Origin: Candidatus Bathyarchaeales archaeon
GTDB taxonomy: Archaea; Thermoproteota; Bathyarchaeia; Bathyarchaeales; Bathycorpusculaceae
Length of the DNA: 64,000 nt
NCBI GenBank assembly: GCA_049700435.1
Contig: JBNAVK010000001.1
Coordinates: 1,583-65,582 of the forward strand
Direction of reading: 5' to 3'
Shown: positions 1 through 10,194 of the stretch, in pieces
Layout of the letters: every line of letters starts with the position of its first letter
Numbering within the stretch: position 1 is the stretch's first letter
Notes under the pieces: generated by a model
Told to the model about the DNA's origin: nothing
The model's input: only the letters and a program-made list of their open reading frames with translations
The model's database searches: none
Made by a program: the position numbers and the translations under genes

Positions 1-1
1 A

Positions 2-316
2 ATGCTCAACTCCTTAAAATCCATGACAAAATTTGCCAAACCCCTCTACATAACAGAGAACGGGGTAGCCGACGCAAAAGACGCGCTTAGACCAAAATTC
101 ATTGAAGACCACGTTAAAGTCTTGGAAAAGGCGTTAAGTGAGGAGAAAATTGACGTTAGGGGCTATTTCCATTGGGCTTTAACTGACAATTACGAGTGGG
201 CTAAAGGCTTCAAAATGAAGTTCGGCTTATTCGCAGTGAATCTTGAAACCAAAAAGCGGAAAATGAGGGAAAGCGCAAAAACCTACAAGCGAATAATCGA
301 GGACAGCGTTGGTTAA
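2..316 (+). CDS. Glycoside hydrolase family 1 (beta-glucosidase/beta-galactosidase), C-terminal fragment truncated by the window edge
   Basis: ITENG nucleophile motif and the FHWALTDNYEWAKGF...KFGL C-terminal signature typical of GH1. Confidence 0.85.
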   Translation: MLNSLKSMTKFAKPLYITENGVADAKDALRPKFIEDHVKVLEKALSEEKIDVRGYFHWALTDNYEWAKGFKMKFGLFAVNLETKKRKMRESAKTYKRIIEDSVG

Positions 317-410
317 AAGTTAAAAATCTAGAGGGGGCTACCCATATTGGTTGTGCAGCAAACCAAAAAATGTTGGAAAACGCTAAATCCTGTTAAAACA
401 TATTCTATGC

Positions 411-1463
411 TTGTTGGAATTCAAAATGTCCTACAACGAACTTCGCAAGGATTATTTGCTTGACCGCTGGGTTGTGATAGCCACGGAACGCAGCCGCAGA
501 CCCACAGACTTCGCCAAAAAAGAAACTGCACAAGCTAAAACTGGCGTTTGTCCCTTTTGCCCGGGAAATGAGCACATGACCCCTCCAGCGGTTCTTGTTT
601 ATCTCGAATCTGATGGGAAAATTGAAAAAACAAAAGATGAAAACAATTTCCGACATAAGAACTGGGTCATTCGCTGTTTTCCAAATCTTTATCCGGCTTT
701 CGCGCCGCCGAAACAAAAGTTAGGTAAAGAGCAAAGTGTGAAAGGCCGCGATTTGGCGGCTGCTGTTGGGCACCATGAAGTTCTTATAGAGTCGCCCATG
801 CATGATGAGCATCCTTCAGACGCTAGGATTCCGCAGCTTGTGCATGTCGTAAACGCCTATTTGGATAGGCTACGCGAATTTTCATCGAAGCCCTACGTGC
901 GATACGTCTCTATATTCCGAAATCACGGTCTCGAAGCTGGAGCTTCGCTTTCCCACGCCCACAGTCAAATAATCGCAACACCCTTCATCCCACGGCTCGT
1001 GAAAGAAGAATTGGAAGCAAGCAAGAAGTTCTGGAAGCAAAATGGGAAATGCGTGTTCTGCGAAATCCTAGAAAAGGAACGTGAAGGACCACGACTTATT
1101 CTAGAAAATTCGCATTTCGTGGTTTTCGCTCCCTACGCAAGCGTTAACCCTATGGAGTTTTGGATATTTCCAAAAAGGCACCAAACCACGCTTCTCGAGA
1201 TGACACAAGCCGAAGTGAAAACCTTTGCTGAAACGCTAAAAACATGTTTTAAAGCATTAAAGGAATTAGTTAATGACCCGCCCTACAATTACGGTTTCCA
1301 CATGGTTATAAATAAAGACGCATGCGAACATTACCATTGGCATTTGGAAGTTTACCCGAAACTCGCCATTTGGGCTGGCTTCGAAAAGAGCACGGGCGTA
1401 TACATAAACACTGTTACGCCAGAAGCTGCTGCAGAAAGTATGAGAAAAACGGTTTCAGCTTGA
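411..1463 (+). CDS. galT: Galactose-1-phosphate uridylyltransferase-like nucleotidyltransferase (HIT superfamily, GalT branch)
   Basis: 350 aa. Zn-knuckle CPFCPGNE, active-site SHAHSQ (H-x-H-x-Q) and duplicated HIT-like halves. A second ATG at 426 is a possible start. Confidence 0.75.
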   Translation: MLEFKMSYNELRKDYLLDRWVVIATERSRRPTDFAKKETAQAKTGVCPFCPGNEHMTPPAVLVYLESDGKIEKTKDENNFRHKNWVIRCFPNLYPAFAPPKQKLGKEQSVKGRDLAAAVGHHEVLIESPMHDEHPSDARIPQLVHVVNAYLDRLREFSSKPYVRYVSIFRNHGLEAGASLSHAHSQIIATPFIPRLVKEELEASKKFWKQNGKCVFCEILEKEREGPRLILENSHFVVFAPYASVNPMEFWIFPKRHQTTLLEMTQAEVKTFAETLKTCFKALKELVNDPPYNYGFHMVINKDACEHYHWHLEVYPKLAIWAGFEKSTGVYINTVTPEAAAESMRKTVSA

Positions 1464-3536
1464 ACTTTGCAAAACTTCTTTTTCATATGCTGGTCGCATT
1501 TGCATTATGTCTTCTACGTAAGCTCTTAACGGTTCAGCAACACTCCATGCTTGAGCTATGCACCCTCTCGGCGTGTGCGGCGGGTCTCCGTCAAAAATTT
1601 CGCTTACTGTTCCGAGCCCAGCCTTATAAACTTGTTCGGTGAAAAGAGGCATTAGGAAATTCTTTAAGGCGTATTCGCGTCTATGCTCCACATAACCCTT
1701 AGTTTTCAAGAAAGCAGTTGTGAATGGCCCAAGCAGCCAAGCCCAAACAGTTCCATTATGGTAAGCGGTGTCTCGTTTTCTCCTGTCTCCCTCATAAACT
1801 CCAACGTATCTCGGGTCACTTTTTGCCAGCGTTCTCAAGCCATAAGGTGTTAAAAGTTCACGGTGAACGACATCAACAATTTTCTCTTCTTTGGCGATGT
1901 CAAGCATTGTAAAGTCTAAAGAAACTGTTATAATTTGGTTAGGTCTTATGGACGCGTCTTTCTCACTTTCATTTACGACATCGAACAAACAGTTCTTTTC
2001 AGAATTCCAAAACTTTTCAACGAAACTTTTCCGTGCACCTTTAGCCAAACCAAGATACTTTTCAGCTTCGTTTTTTTCGCCGAACCTATTTGCCAAAAGT
2101 TCCATGGTTTTTAAGGCGTTATACCACAATGCTTGAATTTCAACAGCCTTTCCACCTCTTGGAGTCACAGGTTTTCCATCTACAACCGCATCCATCCACG
2201 TCAACTGAGGCCCGTGATGAAGCAAACAGTCGCCGTCAACGCGTATGTCGAAGGCTGCTCCCTTAACGTGATTTTCAATGACCGTCTTTAGCTCGTTCCA
2301 GAGTTGTTCCTTGACAAACTTGAAGTCGCCAGTATATTTCAGATACTGCAAAACAGCGTTCACGTACCAAAGCGTAGCGTCAACAGCGTTGTAGGCGGGT
2401 TGGTTTGGCTGGTCTGGAACAAAATTTGGGATTAGCCCATCTTTCATGTACTGCTTAAATGTTAGGAAACTCTTCCGTACATCCTCAAACCTGCCAGTTA
2501 CAAGCATCAACCCTGGTAAAGAAATGAATGTGTCTCGCCCCCAAGTCTCAAACCAATGGTATCCTGCAATCACAAAACTTTGCTGCGCACTCGCGTCTTT
2601 AACTATGAAGGAGTCTGTTGCCAAGACAATCCAATTCAACCATTCAACAGCAGAAATCTTCGGGTGGATTTCATAAAATTTAGTTAGGAAATTTTCTCGG
2701 CGTTCGATTTCCTCTTCAAGCGCTTTCTCAACATCATAAGTTGTTGGAGCTTCCTCCAAAACCTTAAGGGCGTTTTCACTATTTCTGTCAACTGCAAACA
2801 CAACTGCAAACTTATCCATCTTTTTCGCTTTAACTTCTGTTTCGAAGTATCCCGGCTGAAAAACGTCATCGACATAGCTTTCGCCCCGCGAAGCTTCTTC
2901 GCGGTAGTATAAACCCTCAACCCACTTCCCCTTAACGTAATATTTCCCATCAGTGGCTTTCATCACCAACGCTAATTCTGGGAACTGAGCGCGCAGTTCT
3001 GCAGCGTCACCTTCTCTCCTTTGAACAAATTCTATCGAGTTTTTCCATCTATCTGTAACTGAGTGGAAATGTCTACAGTTTATGAGCGGGTAAACCCGAA
3101 TTTTCACGTCGGAATTGTTTTTGTTTTCTACCTTATATAATACTATAACGGCGTTTCTTTCATTGGGGACAAAAATTGTCTTTTCAACCTCGACGTTTTC
3201 CACGGCATAAACATATTTTGGGAAAGGATTCACAGCAAATTCTTTCAAAAAGAGGTATCCTCGCGGAAAAATTCCATTCTGGAATTCGTTAGCGCCAAGC
3301 GGATAAATGTTATTGCCTATGCATATTTCCTCATCCAACTTTTCAAGGCAGACTCTGCGTTCTCCAGGAGGATTAAGAGCTGCAACAAGCAAGCCATGAT
3401 ATTTTCTAGTGTTTATTCCCAAAATGGTTGAGGAAGCAAAACCGCCTAAACCATTTGTCAAAAGCCACTCTTTCCGAATTGCCTCATCAAAACGGGAAAA
3501 CTCTTCTTGGCGTAAATTTATGGTTGGCAGCTTCAT
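1455..3536 (-). CDS. Archaeal-type glycogen debranching enzyme (amylo-alpha-1,6-glucosidase family)
   Basis: 693 aa. N-terminal TNGLGGFASSTILGINTRKYHGLL (GDE_N-like). C-terminal (alpha/alpha)6-type motifs GYHWFETWGRDTFISLPG and AYHNGTVWAWLLGPF. Confidence 0.8.
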   Translation of the reverse strand: MKLPTINLRQEEFSRFDEAIRKEWLLTNGLGGFASSTILGINTRKYHGLLVAALNPPGERRVCLEKLDEEICIGNNIYPLGANEFQNGIFPRGYLFLKEFAVNPFPKYVYAVENVEVEKTIFVPNERNAVIVLYKVENKNNSDVKIRVYPLINCRHFHSVTDRWKNSIEFVQRREGDAAELRAQFPELALVMKATDGKYYVKGKWVEGLYYREEASRGESYVDDVFQPGYFETEVKAKKMDKFAVVFAVDRNSENALKVLEEAPTTYDVEKALEEEIERRENFLTKFYEIHPKISAVEWLNWIVLATDSFIVKDASAQQSFVIAGYHWFETWGRDTFISLPGLMLVTGRFEDVRKSFLTFKQYMKDGLIPNFVPDQPNQPAYNAVDATLWYVNAVLQYLKYTGDFKFVKEQLWNELKTVIENHVKGAAFDIRVDGDCLLHHGPQLTWMDAVVDGKPVTPRGGKAVEIQALWYNALKTMELLANRFGEKNEAEKYLGLAKGARKSFVEKFWNSEKNCLFDVVNESEKDASIRPNQIITVSLDFTMLDIAKEEKIVDVVHRELLTPYGLRTLAKSDPRYVGVYEGDRRKRDTAYHNGTVWAWLLGPFTTAFLKTKGYVEHRREYALKNFLMPLFTEQVYKAGLGTVSEIFDGDPPHTPRGCIAQAWSVAEPLRAYVEDIMQMRPAYEKEVLQSSS

Positions 3537-4418
3537 TTACGGCATCAACTTCGCAACATTCTTATTTCTTGGCACGCCGAAAAAGTTTGCCACGGGATTA
3601 CATTTCGTTCTGAAAAGCAAGGCGTGAGGTTTCTTAAGCTGATATTCCGTCAAGGTTTCGGCATAGCCCATTCCTTTCGCGAAAACCATATCCGCGGAAT
3701 GGTAATGATTAAGAAATTCTGGCGTAACCTCCTTAATTGCTAATCCAACAGCGTCAACGCCCGTTGTTATTATTTCGTCAGCTATTTTATTCATCCCAGA
3801 AATTTCTACATCCTCCAAGGTTGCATCGTTAAGGACTGGACCGCCTTTCACAGCAACCGTTACTTTCAAGCCCATATCTTTAAGCTGCTCCACAAGCAAC
3901 GTGTCAAAAACTATTTCGCCAGCGTTGTCTGTCAAATAAAGGATTGTTTTTGCCTTTTTCGCCAATTCATAAATTTTGTTCATATTGTCTATGACTAAGT
4001 CCTTTGCTGCTTCTCTGAGGCTTTTTCTCAAACTGCCAAATGTAAACTTGTGGCCAGGAATATCAAATTCCATGATGTTACCTACCATGGCGCATAAACA
4101 AGCTCTCTTAAACCTATCTTGCTGGGTGTATCCTTCTTCCACAATCTTTTTCACGCTGGGCAAAAGCTTCAAAGCCTTCTCGTTGCTTAATCTCTTACGC
4201 CGCTTATAGGGGTCATCGTTGCCAGTAACCCTTTTTATTAAACGGTCTCTTTTCGTGCCTAAATCTGCGGGAACAGCTGTCGGCTTAAACTCTTTACTCA
4301 GCAACCGCAGAAGCTCAGCCATGGCTCTGAAGCGTAGGGCGGGATTGGTTGTGGCTTCAACAACTTCTGTTGCCGCCCTGCTCATGATGCATGCTGCGCA
4401 TTCTGCTTCAACCTTCAA
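3537..4418 (-). CDS. DUF89 / ARMT1-like metal-dependent (sugar-)phosphatase
   Basis: 293 aa. The N-terminal C-A-A-C helix region, TDNAGEIVFD and FAKGMGYAETL resemble the DUF89 family. Its stop directly abuts the start of the debranching enzyme gene. Confidence 0.7.
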   Translation of the reverse strand: MKVEAECAACIMSRAATEVVEATTNPALRFRAMAELLRLLSKEFKPTAVPADLGTKRDRLIKRVTGNDDPYKRRKRLSNEKALKLLPSVKKIVEEGYTQQDRFKRACLCAMVGNIMEFDIPGHKFTFGSLRKSLREAAKDLVIDNMNKIYELAKKAKTILYLTDNAGEIVFDTLLVEQLKDMGLKVTVAVKGGPVLNDATLEDVEISGMNKIADEIITTGVDAVGLAIKEVTPEFLNHYHSADMVFAKGMGYAETLTEYQLKKPHALLFRTKCNPVANFFGVPRNKNVAKLMP

Positions 4419-4433
4419 ACTTCCACATCTCGC

Positions 4434-5144
<711 letters not shown>

Positions 5145-5235
5145 TTACTTTAGAGTGGTGTTCAATTGTTAATATTATTTTGGAACACGTATTTTAAAAA
5201 CGGTGATTGCCATTCGCCCCCTTCCCTTTCGCACA

Positions 5236-6075
5236 TCATGTTCCAACCATTAACGGTTCGGATATCTTCTTCAATGTTGCTATCGCAGATAGAGCAGCTA
5301 ACTGACTTGTTTTAGGATTATCCATTAATGGAACATTTTCAACGTGAACTTCCAACTCGCCAAATTCACCTTTAACCTTGACCTCGTGGATGTTTCTTTT
5401 TATTGAGGAATCAACTATTATCTGCACCTTCGTCTTTTCCACTCCAACACTTGCCAAGCCAAGAGCCGCTGCCACGTTCACATTAGCTGGGAAAAGTTTG
5501 CAAGCTTCAGACGCGGGACCCTCATATATTAGCGTTGGACTTTTCAGTTTTTCAAGATGCATCTTCTTTTCTTTTACGTATGGAGCGCCCTTTAATCCCT
5601 CTGGAGGTTTCCTAGTTGTCAACGTTACGCTGTCCACTTTGCCGACAACTGCAGCTTTCACTCCGTCCAACCCAGCTATTGCCCCTGAAGGAATATAAAC
5701 TCTTTTTCCGCTTTCCATGGCACAGCGCCTAATCTCATCCGCTAATTCCGAATCAACCAGTGCGCCAACACTCATAATCATCAAGTCCTTTCCAGCCCTA
5801 AGCACCCTAAGCGCATAGGCTCTCACGGCTTCCTGTGAGGCTGCCTCCACAACCAAATCCACGTTTTCGCATGCGATTAGCTCCTCAAAACTTTCGGCAA
5901 TTTTTGGTTTACAAACCAACTTTCCACATAGAATGTTAGACTTCTCCTTTATCCTGTCATACACCACAACCAAATGGGCGCTTCCGGCTTGTCCCCTATC
6001 AATTGCTTGAGCCAAAACTGTTCCAATAGCGCCACAGCCGATTAACCCAACACCCAACACCATTCTCCACCACAC
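5236..6075 (-). CDS. nadX: L-aspartate dehydrogenase
   Basis: 279 aa. Rossmann GLIGCGAIG, and the overall pattern of the TM1643-type aspartate dehydrogenase family (IPSGAIAGLD, TRKPP, AAALG). Confidence 0.75.
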   Translation of the reverse strand: MWWRMVLGVGLIGCGAIGTVLAQAIDRGQAGSAHLVVVYDRIKEKSNILCGKLVCKPKIAESFEELIACENVDLVVEAASQEAVRAYALRVLRAGKDLMIMSVGALVDSELADEIRRCAMESGKRVYIPSGAIAGLDGVKAAVVGKVDSVTLTTRKPPEGLKGAPYVKEKKMHLEKLKSPTLIYEGPASEACKLFPANVNVAAALGLASVGVEKTKVQIIVDSSIKRNIHEVKVKGEFGELEVHVENVPLMDNPKTSQLAALSAIATLKKISEPLMVGT

Positions 6076-6172
6076 ACCCTTTGCACTTCGAAGAGGGTAA
6101 TGAGTAAAGCTAAGAAGGTAAAGTTTACTGTTTCGTAGGGACTAAAGGAGATGTTTATTAGAAAAGTTTGAA

Positions 6173-8185
6173 ATGAACTTATATTGGAGATTGTCTTTGC
6201 TGAATAAAGCTTTGGATTCAATGGAAAGGGATTTCCAAAAGCTTGTTAAGAAAATTTTTCCATACCCAAGCTTTCGCCCATTTCAGCTTGACGCTATAAA
6301 ATTCTCTTTTGATGTTTTTAGAAACGGCAAGATAGGCTTGCTTTCTTCACCGTGTGGAACTGGAAAGTCCATTTCCGTTTTGACAGCTTTTTTTATGGCT
6401 AAGGAACTGGAGCAGTCTCTGGGAAGGCTTCTTGTGTTAACTAGAACAAGGAACCAGCTTGAAATTTACTCGCGGGAACTAAAGAACATAAAGAGACAGA
6501 GCGGCGTCAGATTTGTTGCCTCCATCTTTAAAAGCAAGAAGGAAATGTGCCCCTACGCCCTCAAAGACCTCAGACTTAGGGACATTAGCTATCGAGACTT
6601 CCTCCACTATTGCAAGAACCTAAAGGAAGGCGCCTTCGGAGAATCATGCAGTTTTTATGAAAGAACACTCAGCGGGTGGAAACCCAGCTGGTATGCCAAA
6701 AACATCGTCAATCACATTATTGAAGTTGGGCCGCTTTTGCCGGATGAGGTTTACAAAATTTGCTGTGAAAAAGAGCTTTGCCCCTACGAAGTTACTAAGA
6801 TTCTGGCAAGGCACGCTGACATAATCATCGGCAACTACAACTATATCCTCGTCGACTCCATAAGGGGGTCTATCCTAGGAAGAGCTGGAATACGAGTGAA
6901 GGATGTTAACTGCGTTTTCGATGAAGCCCATAGTTTACCCTATTACGCTGCTGGCATATTTTCAGACGAGCTTTCCTCAACTTCCGTAAGAAGAGCTTTA
7001 AAGGAATGCAGAATTTTCGATTTGGACGACTTCGGCATTTTAGACGACTTAAACAGTGTGATGATAAGACTTGGTAAAGACGTTTACAAAAAATATGGGA
7101 CGGATGCCGAACATATAATCGAAGGAAAACGCATAGTAGACGCTTTGTCAAAAAATCTTGGAGTAAACGCGGATAGGCTGCGGAAAAATGTTTTAGAGCT
7201 TTCAGAAATTGGGGAACTTATTCGACAGAGAAGAGCTGAATCGGGCAAGAGCCCAGTCTCATATGTGTCTCGATGTGCGGATTTTCTGTTGGACTGGATC
7301 AGCCTTGAAGGTTTAGGTTACGCCAAATACGTCAAGGTTGAAGTTGACAGAGATAAGAGAAAACGTGTTAGGCTTGGAATTAGATGTCTTGACCCAGCGT
7401 TGGCGTCCAGCATCATAAACGACGTTCGTTCCGTTATACTCATGTCTGGAACTTTATGGTGCGCTGATTATTATGTTGATGTGCTCGGAATCGAGCGGAA
7501 TCGGTGCAGTTTCCTAGAGTTGCCAAGTCCTTTCCCCTCAGAAAATAGGCTTTTAATCGTTGATAGGGCAGTTACAACAAAGTTTGAAAAGCGCGACGAA
7601 GACCAGTGGAAGAGAATTGGTGGGCACCTAGCCAAAATTATTCATGAAGTCGGTGGAAGGGTCGCCGTCTATTTCCCCTCTTATGAAGTGATGCGCGAAA
7701 TTACAAAGTTAATCAAGCCCAAAATGCCGCTTCTTGTCGAGGAAAAAACTACAAACATTAAGGATGTTTTGAGCTTTCTGGGCAAAAACGAGCAATGTTT
7801 GATTTTTGGAGTTGCTAGAGGAAAAGTAAGCGAAGGAGTTGACATGACAGATGAAGGAAGAAGTATGCTTTCAGCTGTCATAATCGTTGGCTTGCCCTAC
7901 CCGAAGAAAACTGAGCTTCAAATCGCCCTATACAAGTATTTCAAAGAAAAATTCGGAGATAAAGCCATGGAATACGCAAATTACATCCCATGCTTAAATG
8001 CGCTAGCCCAATCCGCTGGTAGACTTCTACGAAGCCCAGAGGACAGAGGCATAATCCTAATCATGGATGGACGCGCAGCGGGAAGATTTAAGCAGAAACT
8101 GCCGCAAGAGTGGAGAAAAGAAATGAAAGCTCACCTTAGAATAGAGAAAATCCTAGACGAAATTGAGAATTTTTACAAAAAATGA
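6173..8185 (+). CDS. xpd: XPD/Rad3-family 5'-3' DNA helicase with FeS domain
   Basis: Walker A SPCGTGKS and DEAH box FDEAHSL. Four Cys in the expected FeS insertion (MCPY, HYCKN, ESCSF, ELCPYE). C-terminal helicase motifs (GKVSEGVD, QSAGRLLRS). Confidence 0.85.
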   Translation: MNLYWRLSLLNKALDSMERDFQKLVKKIFPYPSFRPFQLDAIKFSFDVFRNGKIGLLSSPCGTGKSISVLTAFFMAKELEQSLGRLLVLTRTRNQLEIYSRELKNIKRQSGVRFVASIFKSKKEMCPYALKDLRLRDISYRDFLHYCKNLKEGAFGESCSFYERTLSGWKPSWYAKNIVNHIIEVGPLLPDEVYKICCEKELCPYEVTKILARHADIIIGNYNYILVDSIRGSILGRAGIRVKDVNCVFDEAHSLPYYAAGIFSDELSSTSVRRALKECRIFDLDDFGILDDLNSVMIRLGKDVYKKYGTDAEHIIEGKRIVDALSKNLGVNADRLRKNVLELSEIGELIRQRRAESGKSPVSYVSRCADFLLDWISLEGLGYAKYVKVEVDRDKRKRVRLGIRCLDPALASSIINDVRSVILMSGTLWCADYYVDVLGIERNRCSFLELPSPFPSENRLLIVDRAVTTKFEKRDEDQWKRIGGHLAKIIHEVGGRVAVYFPSYEVMREITKLIKPKMPLLVEEKTTNIKDVLSFLGKNEQCLIFGVARGKVSEGVDMTDEGRSMLSAVIIVGLPYPKKTELQIALYKYFKEKFGDKAMEYANYIPCLNALAQSAGRLLRSPEDRGIILIMDGRAAGRFKQKLPQEWRKEMKAHLRIEKILDEIENFYKK

Positions 8186-8278
8186 AGGAACATCAAAGGC
8201 ATGCATTGATATTTACGCTAGTGATTTTAATGAACGATAAATTTTTAAGATTCCCCAAATTGCGTTAAATATAAGGTT

Positions 8279-8305
8279 GAGGTGGTTAAATGACGTTAAC
8301 CCCTC
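8279..8305 (+). other. Imperfect stem-loop (10 bp stem, one bulge, 6-nt loop) between XPD and TIP49
   Basis: GAGG(T)GGTTAA-atgacg-TTAACCCCTC read directly from the sequence. A TATA-like ttaaatataagg lies just upstream. Confidence 0.3.
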
Positions 8306-8356
8306 AATTATATGACCTCTACGGCGCAGAAAAAGTGACTTAAAGCATGCTTAGCT

Positions 8357-8365
8357 GGGAGGTGA
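8357..8365 (+). promoter_or_regulatory. Shine-Dalgarno-like site for the TIP49 gene
   Basis: GGGAGGTGA sits 4 nt upstream of the ATG at 8370. Confidence 0.5.
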
Positions 8366-8369
8366 TTTT

Positions 8370-9749
8370 ATGTCTATGATAAAAGAGGTTTCTCCCGCGG
8401 CAAGTCGCCGCTTCGAGCGAATTGGGGCTCACACCCATATTAAAGGACTTGGTTTAGACAAAAACTTGAAAGCAGTTAAAGTTAAGGATGGAATGGTTGG
8501 TCAAGAAAAAGCCCGCGAAGCTGCTGGTTTGGTTGTTCAAATGATTAAAGAGGGAAAGCTTAGCGGGAAAACGGTCATTTTGGCTGGTCCTCCGGGAACT
8601 GGCAAAACAGCCATTGCAGTTGCTATATCCAGAGAGTTGGGACCAAATGTTCCCTTCATTCAAATGAGTGGCAGCGAAATCTACAGCAGTGAACGTAAAA
8701 AGACGGAGGTTTTGATTGAGGCTATGCGGAAGTGTATAGGCGTCGAAATACATGAAATGCGAAAAGTGTACGAGGGGGAAGTTGTCGGTATAGACATAAG
8801 AACAGCACCTCATCCATACAACCCCTATCAAAAAATTCCAGAAAGCGTACGGTTAACATTGAAGACAACGAAACAGGAGAAAACCATAGAGGCCGGAGCC
8901 TCAATTGCGCAGCAAATAATTCAGCAGGGAATCACCGAGGGATACGTCATCCAAATTGATGCGGAAACGGGAAGGGTTGCAAATTTAGGCTTGAGCTTGG
9001 AAAGCGCAAAAGGTAAAACTTATGATGTTGACACTCGCGAGAAGGTCCCCAGACCCTCTGGCGATGTCCTGAAAGAGAAGGAATTTGTTTACACCCTAAC
9101 CCTAGCGGATATGGACGAAATTAACGCAAGAAACAGAATGGGCGGAGGGTTCTTCTCTCTACTGTTTGGAGGTTCCGAAACTAAGGAGATAGACACCGAA
9201 GTCAGAGCCGCCGTTGACGAATCTGTTAAAAAGATGGTTGATGAAGGCACAGCTTTCATACACCCAGGCGTACTATTCATCGATGACAGCCACCTGCTGG
9301 ATTTGGAAGCTTTCAGCTTTCTTGGTCGTGCATTAGAAAGCGAGCTTGTTCCAATAATTATTTTGGCGACAAATAGGGGTGTAACAACCATACGGGGAAC
9401 AGACGTGAAAAGTCCCTTAGGCTTTCCGCTTGACCTCATAGACCGTTCAGTCATAATAGCCACCGAAGAGTATGATGCGGAGAGCATAAAGGAAATTCTC
9501 CGAATTAGGGCTAGAGAAGAAAAAGTGGACTTGGAAGATGATGCTTTAGAGAAGCTTAAAGCCATAGGTGCAAAGTCTTCCCTTAGATACGCAGTTCAAC
9601 TATTAAGCTTGGCAGCACAAAACGCCGCCCTAATGAAACGTAAGAATGTAACAGTTGAAGACGTAGACAGAGTTGATGCACTCTTTATGGATGTAACCGA
9701 AGCCAGCGAACACCTAAGAAAGTATGAAGAGAAACTTATGTATCATTGA
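8370..9749 (+). CDS. TIP49 / RuvB-like (RuvBL1/2 family) AAA+ ATPase
   Basis: 459 aa. N-terminal ERIGAHTHIKGLGLD, Walker A GPPGTGKT, an inserted OB-like domain II (residues ~125-290), Walker B-region VLFIDDSHLLDLEAFSFLGRALES and sensor region ATNRG. Collinear with eukaryotic RuvBL. Confidence 0.9.
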   Translation: MSMIKEVSPAASRRFERIGAHTHIKGLGLDKNLKAVKVKDGMVGQEKAREAAGLVVQMIKEGKLSGKTVILAGPPGTGKTAIAVAISRELGPNVPFIQMSGSEIYSSERKKTEVLIEAMRKCIGVEIHEMRKVYEGEVVGIDIRTAPHPYNPYQKIPESVRLTLKTTKQEKTIEAGASIAQQIIQQGITEGYVIQIDAETGRVANLGLSLESAKGKTYDVDTREKVPRPSGDVLKEKEFVYTLTLADMDEINARNRMGGGFFSLLFGGSETKEIDTEVRAAVDESVKKMVDEGTAFIHPGVLFIDDSHLLDLEAFSFLGRALESELVPIIILATNRGVTTIRGTDVKSPLGFPLDLIDRSVIIATEEYDAESIKEILRIRAREEKVDLEDDALEKLKAIGAKSSLRYAVQLLSLAAQNAALMKRKNVTVEDVDRVDALFMDVTEASEHLRKYEEKLMYH

Positions 9750-9764
9750 GGAGGAACCCGAGCA

Positions 9765-10076
9765 TTGTCACATAAAAGAAAGAAGAAAAGCATCATCGAC
9801 AGTTTCTTTGAAGGCTCACTCTTCGATGAATCAGACGAATTTTTCGAAGCGTTTGGGCAGGGAATTGGCGGAGGCTACTCTATAAGCGTGACGCAGACGC
9901 CTGAAGGCACAAGGGTCTACGCTAAGGTCAACGGCAACACGGATGTCAATGAGTTAAGGCGAAAGCTTCAGCAGCAGTATCCAGGCGCTCACATAGAGAT
10001 AGAAGGCGGAAAACCGCTGATTAGGGAGATATCCACAAAGCCTGTGGATGAAGAGGAAAGCAAAACAAAACAGTGA
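9765..10076 (+). CDS. Hypothetical small protein (basic N-terminus, acidic C-terminus), probably co-transcribed with TIP49
   Basis: 103-aa ORF with a TTG start 13 nt after the TIP49 stop. No recognisable family motif. Confidence 0.4.
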   Translation: MSHKRKKKSIIDSFFEGSLFDESDEFFEAFGQGIGGGYSISVTQTPEGTRVYAKVNGNTDVNELRRKLQQQYPGAHIEIEGGKPLIREISTKPVDEEESKTKQ

Positions 10077-10134
10077 AAATTAAAACTCCGCTCTAAAGGC
10101 TTTTACAAGCTTTTTTCATATTTTTCTCCTCAGA

Positions 10135-10147
10135 AAATTTATATATC
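10135..10147 (+). promoter_or_regulatory. TATA-like box upstream of the pLGIC gene
   Basis: aaatttatatatc lies ~50 nt upstream of the ATG at 10195. Confidence 0.35.
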
Positions 10148-10194
10148 GCATCCTTAAGTATGACCAAAAATCCATTGGTGCTCAGTGATGGCGA

